Below, one piece after another: positions 39,536 through 48,566 of a DNA stretch of 64,000 nt. The position numbers and the translations under genes are program-made. The notes below the pieces were generated by a model. That model was not told the origin of the DNA and ran no database searches. It was given only the letters and a program-made list of their open reading frames with translations. The stretch is from a virus: IMG/VR virus record IMGVR_UViG_3300031669_000016, positions 1 through 64,000 of that record. One strand, written 5' to 3'. Each line of letters opens with the position of its first letter. Positions within the stretch are counted from its first letter, which is position 1.

Positions 39536-40899
39536 TATTTAGCCCCCACTCTCAACGCTCCAAAGGAGCGGTGGAACCCTCGATAGCCTCCTGATGTATT
39601 CCACTCCGCCTTGCGATAAAACGCCCGCCGAGCGATGTTCACAGCAGCTGCCTCGTCGGCGTCGAAATTGACATCACAAGCCGGACAGTAGAGATCTTCA
39701 CCTTCCCGTTTGGCATCCTCCCCACACCGAGGACAAATCAACGATGAGTAAGCAGCGAAGACCTCGCGTGGTGGTAACATACCAGCCATCCGCAACTTGT
39801 AGCTGAGGATATGACCCATCTTGGCATACTGGGAACGTATAAATGCGCCGCTTGTCTGTAGGTTGAGATCTTCCATCACTACCAACGAGTGGTGCTCAAC
39901 GGCCAACGCAACCAACGCATTGGCGATTGTGTGGAGCATCTGCTCTTGGTGTCGACGCTGCCAGGCTTGACGACGCACATGCCGACCACGCCTCTGTGCG
40001 GCCTGGCGCTTCCGTCCCAATAGGATCTGTAGAGGACGCACGTCCCGACCAAGGCTCCCAACTCTGAGTGGTCGACCCTCTTTGTCTATGATTGCGTATG
40101 CCGCCTGTTTGATGATGCCGCGATCAACTCCAAGATAGGTTTCCTCTTCACCCCGCTCCATACTCTCGACTTGGAACTCGAAGCTTATATGTAGGAAGTA
40201 CTCGCCATCGCGCCGACAAAGGCAGGCACAGCGCGCCTTCCCTTTCGTGAGATATTCCTCTTCGTGCCATATCCCAAACGCGAGTGGGAAACGCAACCTT
40301 GTAGGCTTCTGTGGCTTCGGCTGCACCGGTAGTGATACCACCCACTTCTCGTTGTCGAGTCGTTCGAGAGCAAAATCTCGGGCGCGTACATAGAGAAGCG
40401 GCCTGACAATCTCGCGCTCCTCACGTAGCAGACGGGATTGCCACGCTTGGTGGTCGAATGGATCACCAACCCACTCAGCGGCCTCTGCAAGGGCCTTCTG
40501 GTACCCATCAGACTGATATCCGTACAGTGGTGAGGGGTACTGGGGTTCATCAGTTGCGTCCTCATGGTTCTTCCTATCTTCCCAGGCCTGTCGTAGTTTG
40601 CAGTACGAAACAAGGTTCGTTAGGATATCTGATACTAAGCCGTCATATAGAGCGCTTGGCAAATCCGTTGCTGATAGCAAAGGACGGATTTCCTTCATTG
40701 CATTGAAGGGGCTGGGGAGTCTCTTACCATCGTGGAGATCACGAATCCACAGATCAGCCATGGGGCGGCAGCGCTCCAATGTATCTATATAGGCCTTGCT
40801 GTAACGGGCGAATACCTGGTCTAGGAGGGCACGTTTTCCAGTACCGGGATTGTATAGTTTGAGGATGGCTGTTTTCTGTACGATGACTGTGCACCTCAT
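39535..40899 (-). CDS. compact type V effector, TnpB/Cas12f-like RuvC nuclease
   Basis: 454 aa; RuvC-I LGVDRG, RuvC-II VVMEDL, Zn finger CPRC...CPAC, RuvC-III DADEAAAVNIA; adjacent to the CRISPR array. Confidence 0.9.
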   Translation of the reverse strand: MRCTVIVQKTAILKLYNPGTGKRALLDQVFARYSKAYIDTLERCRPMADLWIRDLHDGKRLPSPFNAMKEIRPLLSATDLPSALYDGLVSDILTNLVSYCKLRQAWEDRKNHEDATDEPQYPSPLYGYQSDGYQKALAEAAEWVGDPFDHQAWQSRLLREEREIVRPLLYVRARDFALERLDNEKWVVSLPVQPKPQKPTRLRFPLAFGIWHEEEYLTKGKARCACLCRRDGEYFLHISFEFQVESMERGEEETYLGVDRGIIKQAAYAIIDKEGRPLRVGSLGRDVRPLQILLGRKRQAAQRRGRHVRRQAWQRRHQEQMLHTIANALVALAVEHHSLVVMEDLNLQTSGAFIRSQYAKMGHILSYKLRMAGMLPPREVFAAYSSLICPRCGEDAKREGEDLYCPACDVNFDADEAAAVNIARRAFYRKAEWNTSGGYRGFHRSFGALRVGAK

Positions 40900-41211
40900 C
40901 TATTTCTTCATCAACCCTCGCTCTTCAAACAGTTTCTTGAGCTGGGTCCGCCACCAGCCCAACAGGCCATCCCGCAACAGCAGGGTGATGAGGCGGGCGA
41001 CAACATAGGGGTGATGCGCCGCGATCCAGATCTGGTGCTGTAAGATCGGATAGGGTTCGGTGTCGTTGCTATGGGTTGCATCGACCTGGGCGGGGATGCA
41101 AACGCAGGCGTTGCAGACCATCGATTGCTTCGACCCATCAGGCCACGTTATCATAACGGTTACATAGCCTTCTTCTTCGAGTTGAACCGCTTTGAACTGG
41201 GACTCTGTCAT
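40900..41211 (-). CDS. hypothetical protein immediately upstream of the cas gene
   Basis: 103 aa; its stop abuts the cas ATG. Confidence 0.55.
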   Translation of the reverse strand: MTESQFKAVQLEEEGYVTVMITWPDGSKQSMVCNACVCIPAQVDATHSNDTEPYPILQHQIWIAAHHPYVVARLITLLLRDGLLGWWRTQLKKLFEERGLMKK

Positions 41212-41867
41212 GCCTCATCTCCCACTACACATCGGCTCGCACCATCCACCTTACTAACCCCGATGATCTGAGCGCTTGACGGTGCGGAGTGATCCTCGTT
41301 TCCGGTGACGACAACGACCTGCATGCCGAGGTCTCTGGAGACACCTTCCAAGAAGTCTTCGATGACGGCGAGCGCACGCGCGCCGTGCACGTTGCGATAG
41401 GGTTCATCCAAGATGAGGACGCGGGGCAGGCGCAGGCGCAACACGAAGACGAGGCGCAACAGCACGGATTCGACATCGAGGACACCACCGCCATGGACCT
41501 CGGTGCCCCTACCCTCGATCCCATCGGCATCGACCGTTTCTAGATGGGCCTGGACCATGTTTCTGGATTGGTCGTACCGAAGTCGGAACTGCGCACCGGG
41601 ACCGAGCAGGATACATAGTGCCTGGGTCAGGAGCGGCTCGATAATGTTCTTCAACCTATCCTGACTCAACGCGGCGGCTTGTTGAAGCAATGTTTGCGCC
41701 TTCAAGTACCAATCTGCTAGTGCTGTTTGCTCTGTGCGTGCGATTTGGTGCTGGCTTTCGGTCTGCTCAAGTAAGGCGCGGCGGCCTCGTGCCTGCTCGA
41801 CCTGGCTGCGGCACCGACTCGCCCGTTGGATCAGGGTATTGAGGTCAACGACCGACAACGGTTTCAA
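41208..41867 (-). CDS. SbcC/Rad50-like ATPase, C-terminal half
   Basis: Coiled coil, then HGGG signature and LILDEP Walker B. Confidence 0.8.
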   Translation of the reverse strand: MKPLSVVDLNTLIQRASRCRSQVEQARGRRALLEQTESQHQIARTEQTALADWYLKAQTLLQQAAALSQDRLKNIIEPLLTQALCILLGPGAQFRLRYDQSRNMVQAHLETVDADGIEGRGTEVHGGGVLDVESVLLRLVFVLRLRLPRVLILDEPYRNVHGARALAVIEDFLEGVSRDLGMQVVVVTGNEDHSAPSSAQIIGVSKVDGASRCVVGDEA

Positions 41868-42097
41868 CCTCCAAGAGTTGGCGTTGGAGTTCGGCCATTT
41901 GCGTGTCGAGCACGTTCTGGGCTTGGTCGCGATGCTCTGGCAACTTGTCGAGTGCGATACCGAGGCTCTGCTGACACTCCGCGGCCTTGACGTGGTATTC
42001 AGCGTCGAGTCCTTGGATTTGAGCGGCGTACTGCGTCTGCTGAGTCTTCGCCCGCTCCAGAGCGGCTTTCTTTGCGCGATACGTGTCTACGTCCACG
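41845..42097 (-). CDS. small coiled-coil protein
   Basis: Likely GTG start (VDVDTYRAKK) after a GGGGTGA RBS, inside ORF 41845..42294. Confidence 0.5.
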
Positions 42098-42139
42098 GAA
42101 TCACCCCGTTTGCAGCGCTTGTAATGTGAGATTCTTGAC

Positions 42140-42367
42140 CTAGAACCCAAACCAGAGGGTAACAATCCTGTAGGCTCTGATTGGATCAACAGGAGAACAT
42201 AGAACCAAACAATCATCTTTCCAGTTGATCCGAACACTGTTGAAACACCCAACCCAACCGCGTCCTTCAACTTTGATTGGGTGGTCCAAATCATCTTCTG
42301 ACTTGGAGAACCTCAGATGCTCCGGATTACCATCCATATCCTGTACTTCTGCTGCTGTAAGGATCAT
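42140..42367 (-). CDS. hypothetical protein
   Basis: 75 aa, GGGGTGA RBS, lower GC. Confidence 0.45.
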   Translation of the reverse strand: MILTAAEVQDMDGNPEHLRFSKSEDDLDHPIKVEGRGWVGCFNSVRINWKDDCLVLCSPVDPIRAYRIVTLWFGF

Positions 42368-42371
42368 CTTT

Positions 42372-43310
42372 TCACCCCATTTGTAGTGTCTGCAATGCGA
42401 GATCGACGACTTCGCGTTCGACTTTGGCCTGCGCGGCCACGGTCTCTACGACTTGGACCACATCCATAGCAATGGTCTCGTCGGCCTCGATGGCTGCGAA
42501 ATGATGGAGTAAGTCGCTGAACTGATCTGCTGTATAGCCAAGTGCTTCTGTTTCGTCGACCCAAACATCCGTTTTGAACGGGGGACACATCCACTCAACC
42601 GCAAGCGTTTCTAGATCAACGACGAGAAAAGTCGGTTTCCGCGTCATATCGCTTGGCGTGCGCGTCAGCCGTGCCAACGCACCGGGATTGATCGCCTGTC
42701 CCGTTTCGGTACGCTTATAAACGCCAGGATGGTAGTCGCCCAGCAGGAGGAGGGGAATATCGGGGAGATCCTGAACGAGAACGTGGCCAAACGGTTTCGG
42801 CTTATCCACCACCATTTGGTGCGCGATCACGATGTCGGCCCGTCGTTGCCAGCCCTGAAGGGCTTCGGCGAGCTGTTCCTCGCCGCGATGACGGTAGTGC
42901 AGCGCGATAACACTACGACCCTCCAAATCGGTACGGTCCCTACCATTCCAACCGTTAGGAAGGACCCGGAAGAGGTCTCCCATCGCCTCGGCCAGAAGTC
43001 CGAGCATGCCTTCCCGGTATGTAGCGGCATTATGCCCGATGATGTCGTGTTGGCCCGGAATGACCCACCATGGAATCGCGTACTTACGGATCAAAGCGGC
43101 GAGGCGCGTCCCCACGAGCGGTGGGGTTCGGCGTGGCGTATGGGTCAGATCACCACCACAGATCACAAGCCCAATTCCATTCTGTTGACCCCAGGTTAGA
43201 ATAGCTTCGACCTTGCGGAGCACTGCGTATAAGAAGCTGTCGTTACGGCCCACAGGCGATTCGGCCTGGAGGTGGAGGTCGGTGAGGTAGATGAAGCGCT
43301 GGATGCTCAT
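42372..43310 (-). CDS. SbcD/Mre11-like nuclease
   Basis: TDLH, GGDLTH, PGQHD, AHQ, GDYH, NPGAL motifs. Confidence 0.85.
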   Translation of the reverse strand: MSIQRFIYLTDLHLQAESPVGRNDSFLYAVLRKVEAILTWGQQNGIGLVICGGDLTHTPRRTPPLVGTRLAALIRKYAIPWWVIPGQHDIIGHNAATYREGMLGLLAEAMGDLFRVLPNGWNGRDRTDLEGRSVIALHYRHRGEEQLAEALQGWQRRADIVIAHQMVVDKPKPFGHVLVQDLPDIPLLLLGDYHPGVYKRTETGQAINPGALARLTRTPSDMTRKPTFLVVDLETLAVEWMCPPFKTDVWVDETEALGYTADQFSDLLHHFAAIEADETIAMDVVQVVETVAAQAKVEREVVDLALQTLQMG

Positions 43311-44287
43311 TGTAAGGCCTCAAATGGGCGGCCACAGAGCGGACAGGCATCTACCGCGGCAAGTTCCTGGTCTAGTGCTTGAACCTCTGCCTCAGCGCTT
43401 TGTAGCGCGTGGTGGAGCCTTGTACGACGTTGCTGCCAGCCCAGATACCATTGCAGTGTCGTTCCCATCGCTTCGAGCCGCTGCGCAGTTATTCTGACAC
43501 CCTCTAACCGTTGCGTAGTATCGTCTAGATCCAGGGCCAGTAGACGCTGGCCCACAGCCATGATTTGCTGTTTCCGCCGAGACCAGTCTGTGTACCAGTT
43601 CGTGAACTGCTCTACGGCTTGGAGCTGGCGTGTCGTATGGTTGATGAGCTGGAGCACGGCGTCAATAGACCCCATGGTGTTATCAGCGAACGAGAGCCAG
43701 TTCAGCGCTGTAAGCTGCTCTCTGGTCGCTAAGAGTTGCTTATCCAACTCCTCGACTTGATGGCGTGCCCGTAACGATTCGGTGTGGCATGTCCTGCCAG
43801 CCGCTTCCAAACGTTCCGCCTGGGTCAATATGCCGAGCTTGCGTTGGACCGCGGAGGGTGCATCGGCGAGTAGGAAGAGGGGGTCGTGCTGGAGCAGTAG
43901 GTTCACCGATTCGGGTTTGCCATCAAGTTCGACTTTGCGGAAACCGGTGGCGAGTTGGATCTCGTCAGGTACGTCCTTACCTATAGAGTCGAAGATGACG
44001 GGTTCACCTTCGGGACGTGTCAGTGTGTACCGATTCGTCTTGGTATCGCGCTCGCGGCAGACTGTGATGCCGTCTGCAAATGTGATGGTGACGGCGACAT
44101 GACTAGTGCCGTTGCGGCAGAGAGATTGCCAGTTACCATCGCCGTAGAGACACCAACGTATGGCGCGGACAACAGCAGTCTTCCCACAGTTGGTCGGACC
44201 CCTCACGATGTTGAGGCCGGGCGCGAGTGTTAGGGCCGTGTCGGCGTGGGACTGGAAGTTCTTTAGTTCGATGCTGTGGATGGGTAT
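43307..44287 (-). CDS. SbcC/Rad50-like ATPase, N-terminal half with CPLC hook
   Basis: The frame extends upstream of the called ORF to (I/M)PIHSIELKNFQSH...GPTNCGKT Walker A; terminal CPLC zinc hook. Confidence 0.85.
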   Translation of the reverse strand: MPIHSIELKNFQSHADTALTLAPGLNIVRGPTNCGKTAVVRAIRWCLYGDGNWQSLCRNGTSHVAVTITFADGITVCRERDTKTNRYTLTRPEGEPVIFDSIGKDVPDEIQLATGFRKVELDGKPESVNLLLQHDPLFLLADAPSAVQRKLGILTQAERLEAAGRTCHTESLRARHQVEELDKQLLATREQLTALNWLSFADNTMGSIDAVLQLINHTTRQLQAVEQFTNWYTDWSRRKQQIMAVGQRLLALDLDDTTQRLEGVRITAQRLEAMGTTLQWYLGWQQRRTRLHHALQSAEAEVQALDQELAAVDACPLCGRPFEALQ

Positions 44288-44878
44288 CTACTTCACCACC
44301 TGGATCAGACCTAATCCTCTCGATATTGGACCATGCGGAGTCGGCCCACAACCGCCGAGAAGTCGAACGGCATGGGGGAAGTGCAATGCTAACCACTCAC
44401 TCTCTGCACAGACCGGAGAGTAGTTGGTGTCGTGAAGGCACATCAAACCTTTGTCACGCGTCCGCAACCACGCCGCACGGAAGATGCGCTCCAATCCGTC
44501 ATAGCTGTGGTCCGCGTCGAGATAGGTGAAGTCGAAACGCTCCTTGCGCTGCTGGAACGCAGCGACAGCATCGCCCTGAACCAATTCGACACTGCCCAAA
44601 AGGCCAGCCGCTTCTAGGCGCGCACGTGTCTTATCGAGATAATCAGCGTTGTGGTCGATAGCGACGAGAACCCCACCAGTCTGCTGGGCCGCCAGGGCAA
44701 GCCAGATCGTGGTGTGACCCAAATAGACACCGACTGCACAGATATGCCTGCTTTCCGTGGCGCGGGCCAACGCATAGAGGGCTTGACCCATCCACGGCTC
44801 GGTGGCACTGAAACCGGTCAGCGCCTCCTCCGCGGCTTGTTTGAAGTGATTACTCGGATAGTTGAGTTCGGGGATCAT
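44288..44878 (-). CDS. class I SAM-dependent methyltransferase
   Basis: VGVYLGHT, AID, QGDA, YLDADHSY, LHDT motifs; likely start MIPELNY at 44878. Confidence 0.8.
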   Translation of the reverse strand: MIPELNYPSNHFKQAAEEALTGFSATEPWMGQALYALARATESRHICAVGVYLGHTTIWLALAAQQTGGVLVAIDHNADYLDKTRARLEAAGLLGSVELVQGDAVAAFQQRKERFDFTYLDADHSYDGLERIFRAAWLRTRDKGLMCLHDTNYSPVCAESEWLALHFPHAVRLLGGCGPTPHGPISRGLGLIQVVK

Positions 44879-45729
44879 GTCTTTCTCCCCAACTGCGATT
44901 CCAGTAGCTGTGCCGGCGAGTACTCGAACCGCGCCGATGTGATCTGTTGCGTCAACCACCGCACCGATACGTCGCGTTCGGCAGCGTAGTAGTCGGCGAA
45001 GTCTTTGTATGCTGGACAAGCCACATAGCTCGCCGCGATACCCACCGCTTCGAGCGGGTCGACAACCTTCCGCACCGAATCGATATCGAGCTTGTCGTTA
45101 TGCGCGATGTAAACAACCCGATCGGCGTAACGGACCAGTAGTGCGGCCTGCTCTTTGTGCAGTACTGATCCCATCATGGCCACACCAAAGGGTGCACCCG
45201 CATCGGCGAGGGCGAGTACGTCGAAGTAGCTTTCGACAAGGATGATCGGACAGCGCCCGAAAGTGTGTGGCCGGTGCAGATTGTTGAGCAGGGCATTCCC
45301 ATTCTCGCATAGCCCCCACAACACGAAGCGCTTGTCGAAGGGGAGATGCCAGAACTTCGGTTCTGATTCATCAAGCGCCCTGCCGGCCAATCCGACGAGT
45401 TGCCCTGATACATCGCGAATCGGGATGATCAACCGTTCAGCCAGCATGCGCCCCTCGGAGTGAAGGTTGGGTGGCATGGTTTGGGGACCAAGGCCGAACC
45501 CCCACTGCTGCCACGTCTCAAGCTGGAGTCCGCGACGGTCCAAGAACTGTCGTAGCTTAGAAGAACCGGCCGCTAGGTATGTGCAGAAGCGGCTACGGGA
45601 CTGGTGCCAGAAGTCTTGCCACGGTTCAGACAGCGGCATCATAGCTTTACACCCTCCTCTGCAGCGGCGGCATACATCGCCGTGGAAGGATCGCTTTTGA
45701 CACGCCCCATTACCTCGTTGCGTATCCAA
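44875..45729 (-). CDS. DnaG-type primase catalytic/TOPRIM part lacking the zinc-binding domain
   Basis: RLIIPIRD..G..VG.AGR, EPKF, LVESYFDV, AMMGS motifs; real start probably near 45643. Confidence 0.85.
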   Translation of the reverse strand: MDTQRGNGACQKRSFHGDVCRRCRGGCKAMMPLSEPWQDFWHQSRSRFCTYLAAGSSKLRQFLDRRGLQLETWQQWGFGLGPQTMPPNLHSEGRMLAERLIIPIRDVSGQLVGLAGRALDESEPKFWHLPFDKRFVLWGLCENGNALLNNLHRPHTFGRCPIILVESYFDVLALADAGAPFGVAMMGSVLHKEQAALLVRYADRVVYIAHNDKLDIDSVRKVVDPLEAVGIAASYVACPAYKDFADYYAAERDVSVRWLTQQITSARFEYSPAQLLESQLGRKT

Positions 45730-46739
45730 TCAAGGAATGCTGGCTCGGCATCGCATCGGTCGTGGAGTGCCTGCTTCCCAACCGCTAACAACTGATCACC
45801 GCAGTAGTAGCGACCACCCGGTTTCATCTCGACGAAGTGATGCGACAGCGCCCAGTCGAATAGACTCGAACTCTCGTCCTGAATCCTGCCGTCAAAGTAG
45901 AATCGGATCTCGGGCGCGTCCTCACCGGTGCGGCGTAACGGTGGTGAAACCTTGCTCTTTACCAGTAACGCTTCAGCAACGGTACCGACGAGTATGTCGT
46001 TTTCTTGTATAGCGTCGACGCGTTGGAACATGAGTCGGACGCTTACGGCATGCCGCCATGCCCGCCCACCCGGAGTCCGTTCCAGGCCCTGTGCGGCACG
46101 CTTCAACTTTCCTGTGCGGGCTATCAATGGATTCGTATCGATCAGCTCGCGGACCTGATTGGTGACGATAACAGTCGCATTCGAGTAGTACGCCGCTTCT
46201 TGTAACGCCGGGATCTGGCGGGTCAGCACACCGGCAAGGCCGGCCACAATGCCGATATGACCCGGCAACTTGTCCGCGGTCGCATCCTCGAACTGGTGGC
46301 GCGGCTGTAAGAAGGCGAGGCTATCGATGGCGACGACATCGTACTTCTCAGCATTGAGGTCCTTCGTGATGGCCCAGAGCACATCCTCGGCTGGTCCGTT
46401 GGTCGGCCAGAGATCAAGCGCGGCACGATCCACACCGATACGGTCCATCCAGGCCTTTCCGAACTTGTCCATCAACGTGTATTCCGTGTCGATATAGGCG
46501 CAGCGCAGACCGGCGTGCTGCGCGTTCGCCACGGTATGGAGCACAACCGCGCTCTTCCCACTTGACTCGCGCCCGAAGATCTCGGTGATGCGGCCGCGGC
46601 AGATACCTCCAACCGTCAGGATGCGGTAGTCCAAGTCGAAGTTGCCGGTCGGAATGACGGCCGGTCCCTTCAACGGCTTCGGCTCGCGTTGGCGGGCGGG
46701 TGGGCCAAACGTCGTCGCTAGTTGTCCCGATTTGGTCAT
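45639..46739 (-). CDS. recA: RecA-like recombinase
   Basis: GRITEIFGRESSGKS, YIDTE, IDSLA, TNQVR, TPGGRA, KSKVSPP motifs. Confidence 0.9.
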   Translation of the reverse strand: MTKSGQLATTFGPPARQREPKPLKGPAVIPTGNFDLDYRILTVGGICRGRITEIFGRESSGKSAVVLHTVANAQHAGLRCAYIDTEYTLMDKFGKAWMDRIGVDRAALDLWPTNGPAEDVLWAITKDLNAEKYDVVAIDSLAFLQPRHQFEDATADKLPGHIGIVAGLAGVLTRQIPALQEAAYYSNATVIVTNQVRELIDTNPLIARTGKLKRAAQGLERTPGGRAWRHAVSVRLMFQRVDAIQENDILVGTVAEALLVKSKVSPPLRRTGEDAPEIRFYFDGRIQDESSSLFDWALSHHFVEMKPGGRYYCGDQLLAVGKQALHDRCDAEPAFLDWIRNEVMGRVKSDPSTAMYAAAAEEGVKL

Positions 46740-46751
46740 ATGACCCCTAGA

Positions 46752-47715
46752 CTACTGGTCGCCCCATATTGCAGCTGGCGGCGGGGGCGGGATCGGCGCG
46801 CCTGTGGGTTGCGGTACCGCTGCCTGACCCGGCACGGGTGGTATCGGCGGTGTTGGCAACGGATTTGTTGGGGCCGCGCCTGGAGCCTCCATGGTGGGTA
46901 CAACCTGTGGTGTCGCAACAGGCGGTGCCGACACCACGGGCTGTGCTAGAGGCGGTGTCGCAGTATTCGGTACATCCACAGGTGGTGCAAACGTGGTCGG
47001 CAGGGTTGTGGGTGGTGCAAACGTTGCTGGGATCTGTTCTCCTACCGGAGGAAACAGACTGGTGGGAGGTGCAGATGTGGTCGGATAGGCCGCCTCTGGC
47101 ACGATCTCACCACCCAAATATTCGGCGACATCATCTGGACTAACCTGGGGCCAGAGATGTGCCGTAACCTCGGCCCACTGGCGCGTGATGATTTGTTGAA
47201 GCTCGGCGGGCAGTTGCGGATTCGGTACGGTTAGCGGTGTCAACTGCCGCTCGACCGGGAACTGCGCATTGGAGCCCTCAACCGCGCTGAGCAGGTAGTT
47301 GTAGCCGCGAGGATCACCTAGTTGAGGCGTCGCCATGTGCTGCAGTATCTGCTTGCACATACGGTCGTTGAGGTCGAAGATCATCAGCTCGTGGCGGTCG
47401 AAACACCACACAGCAACCACGCCGGTGATACCTCGATTCTTGCTGTGCAAGCTCTCACCATCGGGCAGGCGGACGCGGCTGCACATACCGGGATAGTGCA
47501 CCTCCAAGCAGGGCACGCGGTCGCCGCGCTTGCGTTCCCCCATCGGCGCGATGTAGTGGACCTCATAGGCCGGAATGCCTTGTGTTGGCCCACCCGGCGT
47601 GCAATCGGATAGGATGCGGAGTTGAAGCCGTTCACCAAGCTGGAGACGCGGTATACGGAACTGGCCGGTGGGCCGCCGCATCCGCGGTTTCCATCCCTTC
47701 AGAGGCATTGTCATC
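46752..47715 (-). CDS. putative single-stranded DNA-binding protein with Pro-rich tail
   Basis: Start MTMPLKGW after an AGGAGG RBS; gp32-like features (H...C...C, LGDPRGYN); adjacent to recA and polymerase. Confidence 0.5.
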
Positions 47716-47725
47716 TTACTTCCTC

Positions 47726-48334
47726 CTACTCTGAATTGAGTGTGATTGATATGTCGCCGATGCGCAGCTCCATATCCATGAAGGTGCCGCACCGCGACAC
47801 CGTTTCCCACTGCCCCACGAGGCGTTCGAATCTACTCCGAACCAGGCGCTTGAACATCTCGGCGCGATCCCGCGCTTCGACAAGATCGGGATGGAGTGCT
47901 AAGGCTTCGGCCTTGGCCTGCCATTCCGTTGCCGTCATCGCTCGGCATTGCCAATCCACGACGATACGATTGCACACACTATCTAAGACACGGTGGTGAC
48001 GTATGGCAATATCGGCGAACTGCCCTAACCAATCCTTCCAGGCCTGAACGTGCCACAGCGTTTTGCGCAGAATGGATAGAGGTGCGTGGCCCGCGGGCAA
48101 TCTAATGCTGCATTGCTGGATTTCGATTAGTGCTTGCTTGTAGTTGTAGCCTAAGGCCTGGTCCACGTCCGGGTCGGCGAGGGTCTTGGCGACGAAGGCA
48201 TCGTGGGCCTCGTGCTCCTCGACCAAGTACTGGACCTGGAGTTGCAGCAGCTCGTCAACGGCGTTTGCATCGTCGAGCTGCTTCGGTGTGAGGCGTCGCA
48301 GGTATTGGAGCCTGGTTTTGTGTTCAGGAGTCAT
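47726..48334 (-). CDS. hypothetical helical protein
   Basis: 202 aa in the replication/recombination operon. Confidence 0.5.
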   Translation of the reverse strand: MTPEHKTRLQYLRRLTPKQLDDANAVDELLQLQVQYLVEEHEAHDAFVAKTLADPDVDQALGYNYKQALIEIQQCSIRLPAGHAPLSILRKTLWHVQAWKDWLGQFADIAIRHHRVLDSVCNRIVVDWQCRAMTATEWQAKAEALALHPDLVEARDRAEMFKRLVRSRFERLVGQWETVSRCGTFMDMELRIGDISITLNSE

Positions 48335-48344
48335 GTTGTATGTC

Positions 48345-48563
48345 TTACGCCTCTACTGTCGGCGGTACGAATATGCCAGCCTCTTCGACCTCGACGTAGG
48401 ACTCACCATCTGGATCGCAGAGACGGACAACAACCCCTATGGTTGGGAACATAACGACGTCTAGATGCTCCTTCTTCACCGCGTCGATAAGGGCGCGTTC
48501 GGCGAGATAGAACTCTGCCTGCGCCTTCAGATAACAGTCAACCAGTTCATCCATGCTTCTCAC
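48345..48563 (-). CDS. hypothetical protein
   Basis: About 70 aa, GAGGTG RBS. Confidence 0.45.
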   Translation of the reverse strand: MRSMDELVDCYLKAQAEFYLAERALIDAVKKEHLDVVMFPTIGVVVRLCDPDGESYVEVEEAGIFVPPTVEA

Positions 48564-48566
48564 CTC

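Noticed and set aside
39535-40899. IS200/IS605 transposon interpretation of the TnpB-like gene
   Set aside because: No Y1 or serine transposase is nearby, the gene is coupled in a phage operon, and it is followed by a spacer-diverse array.
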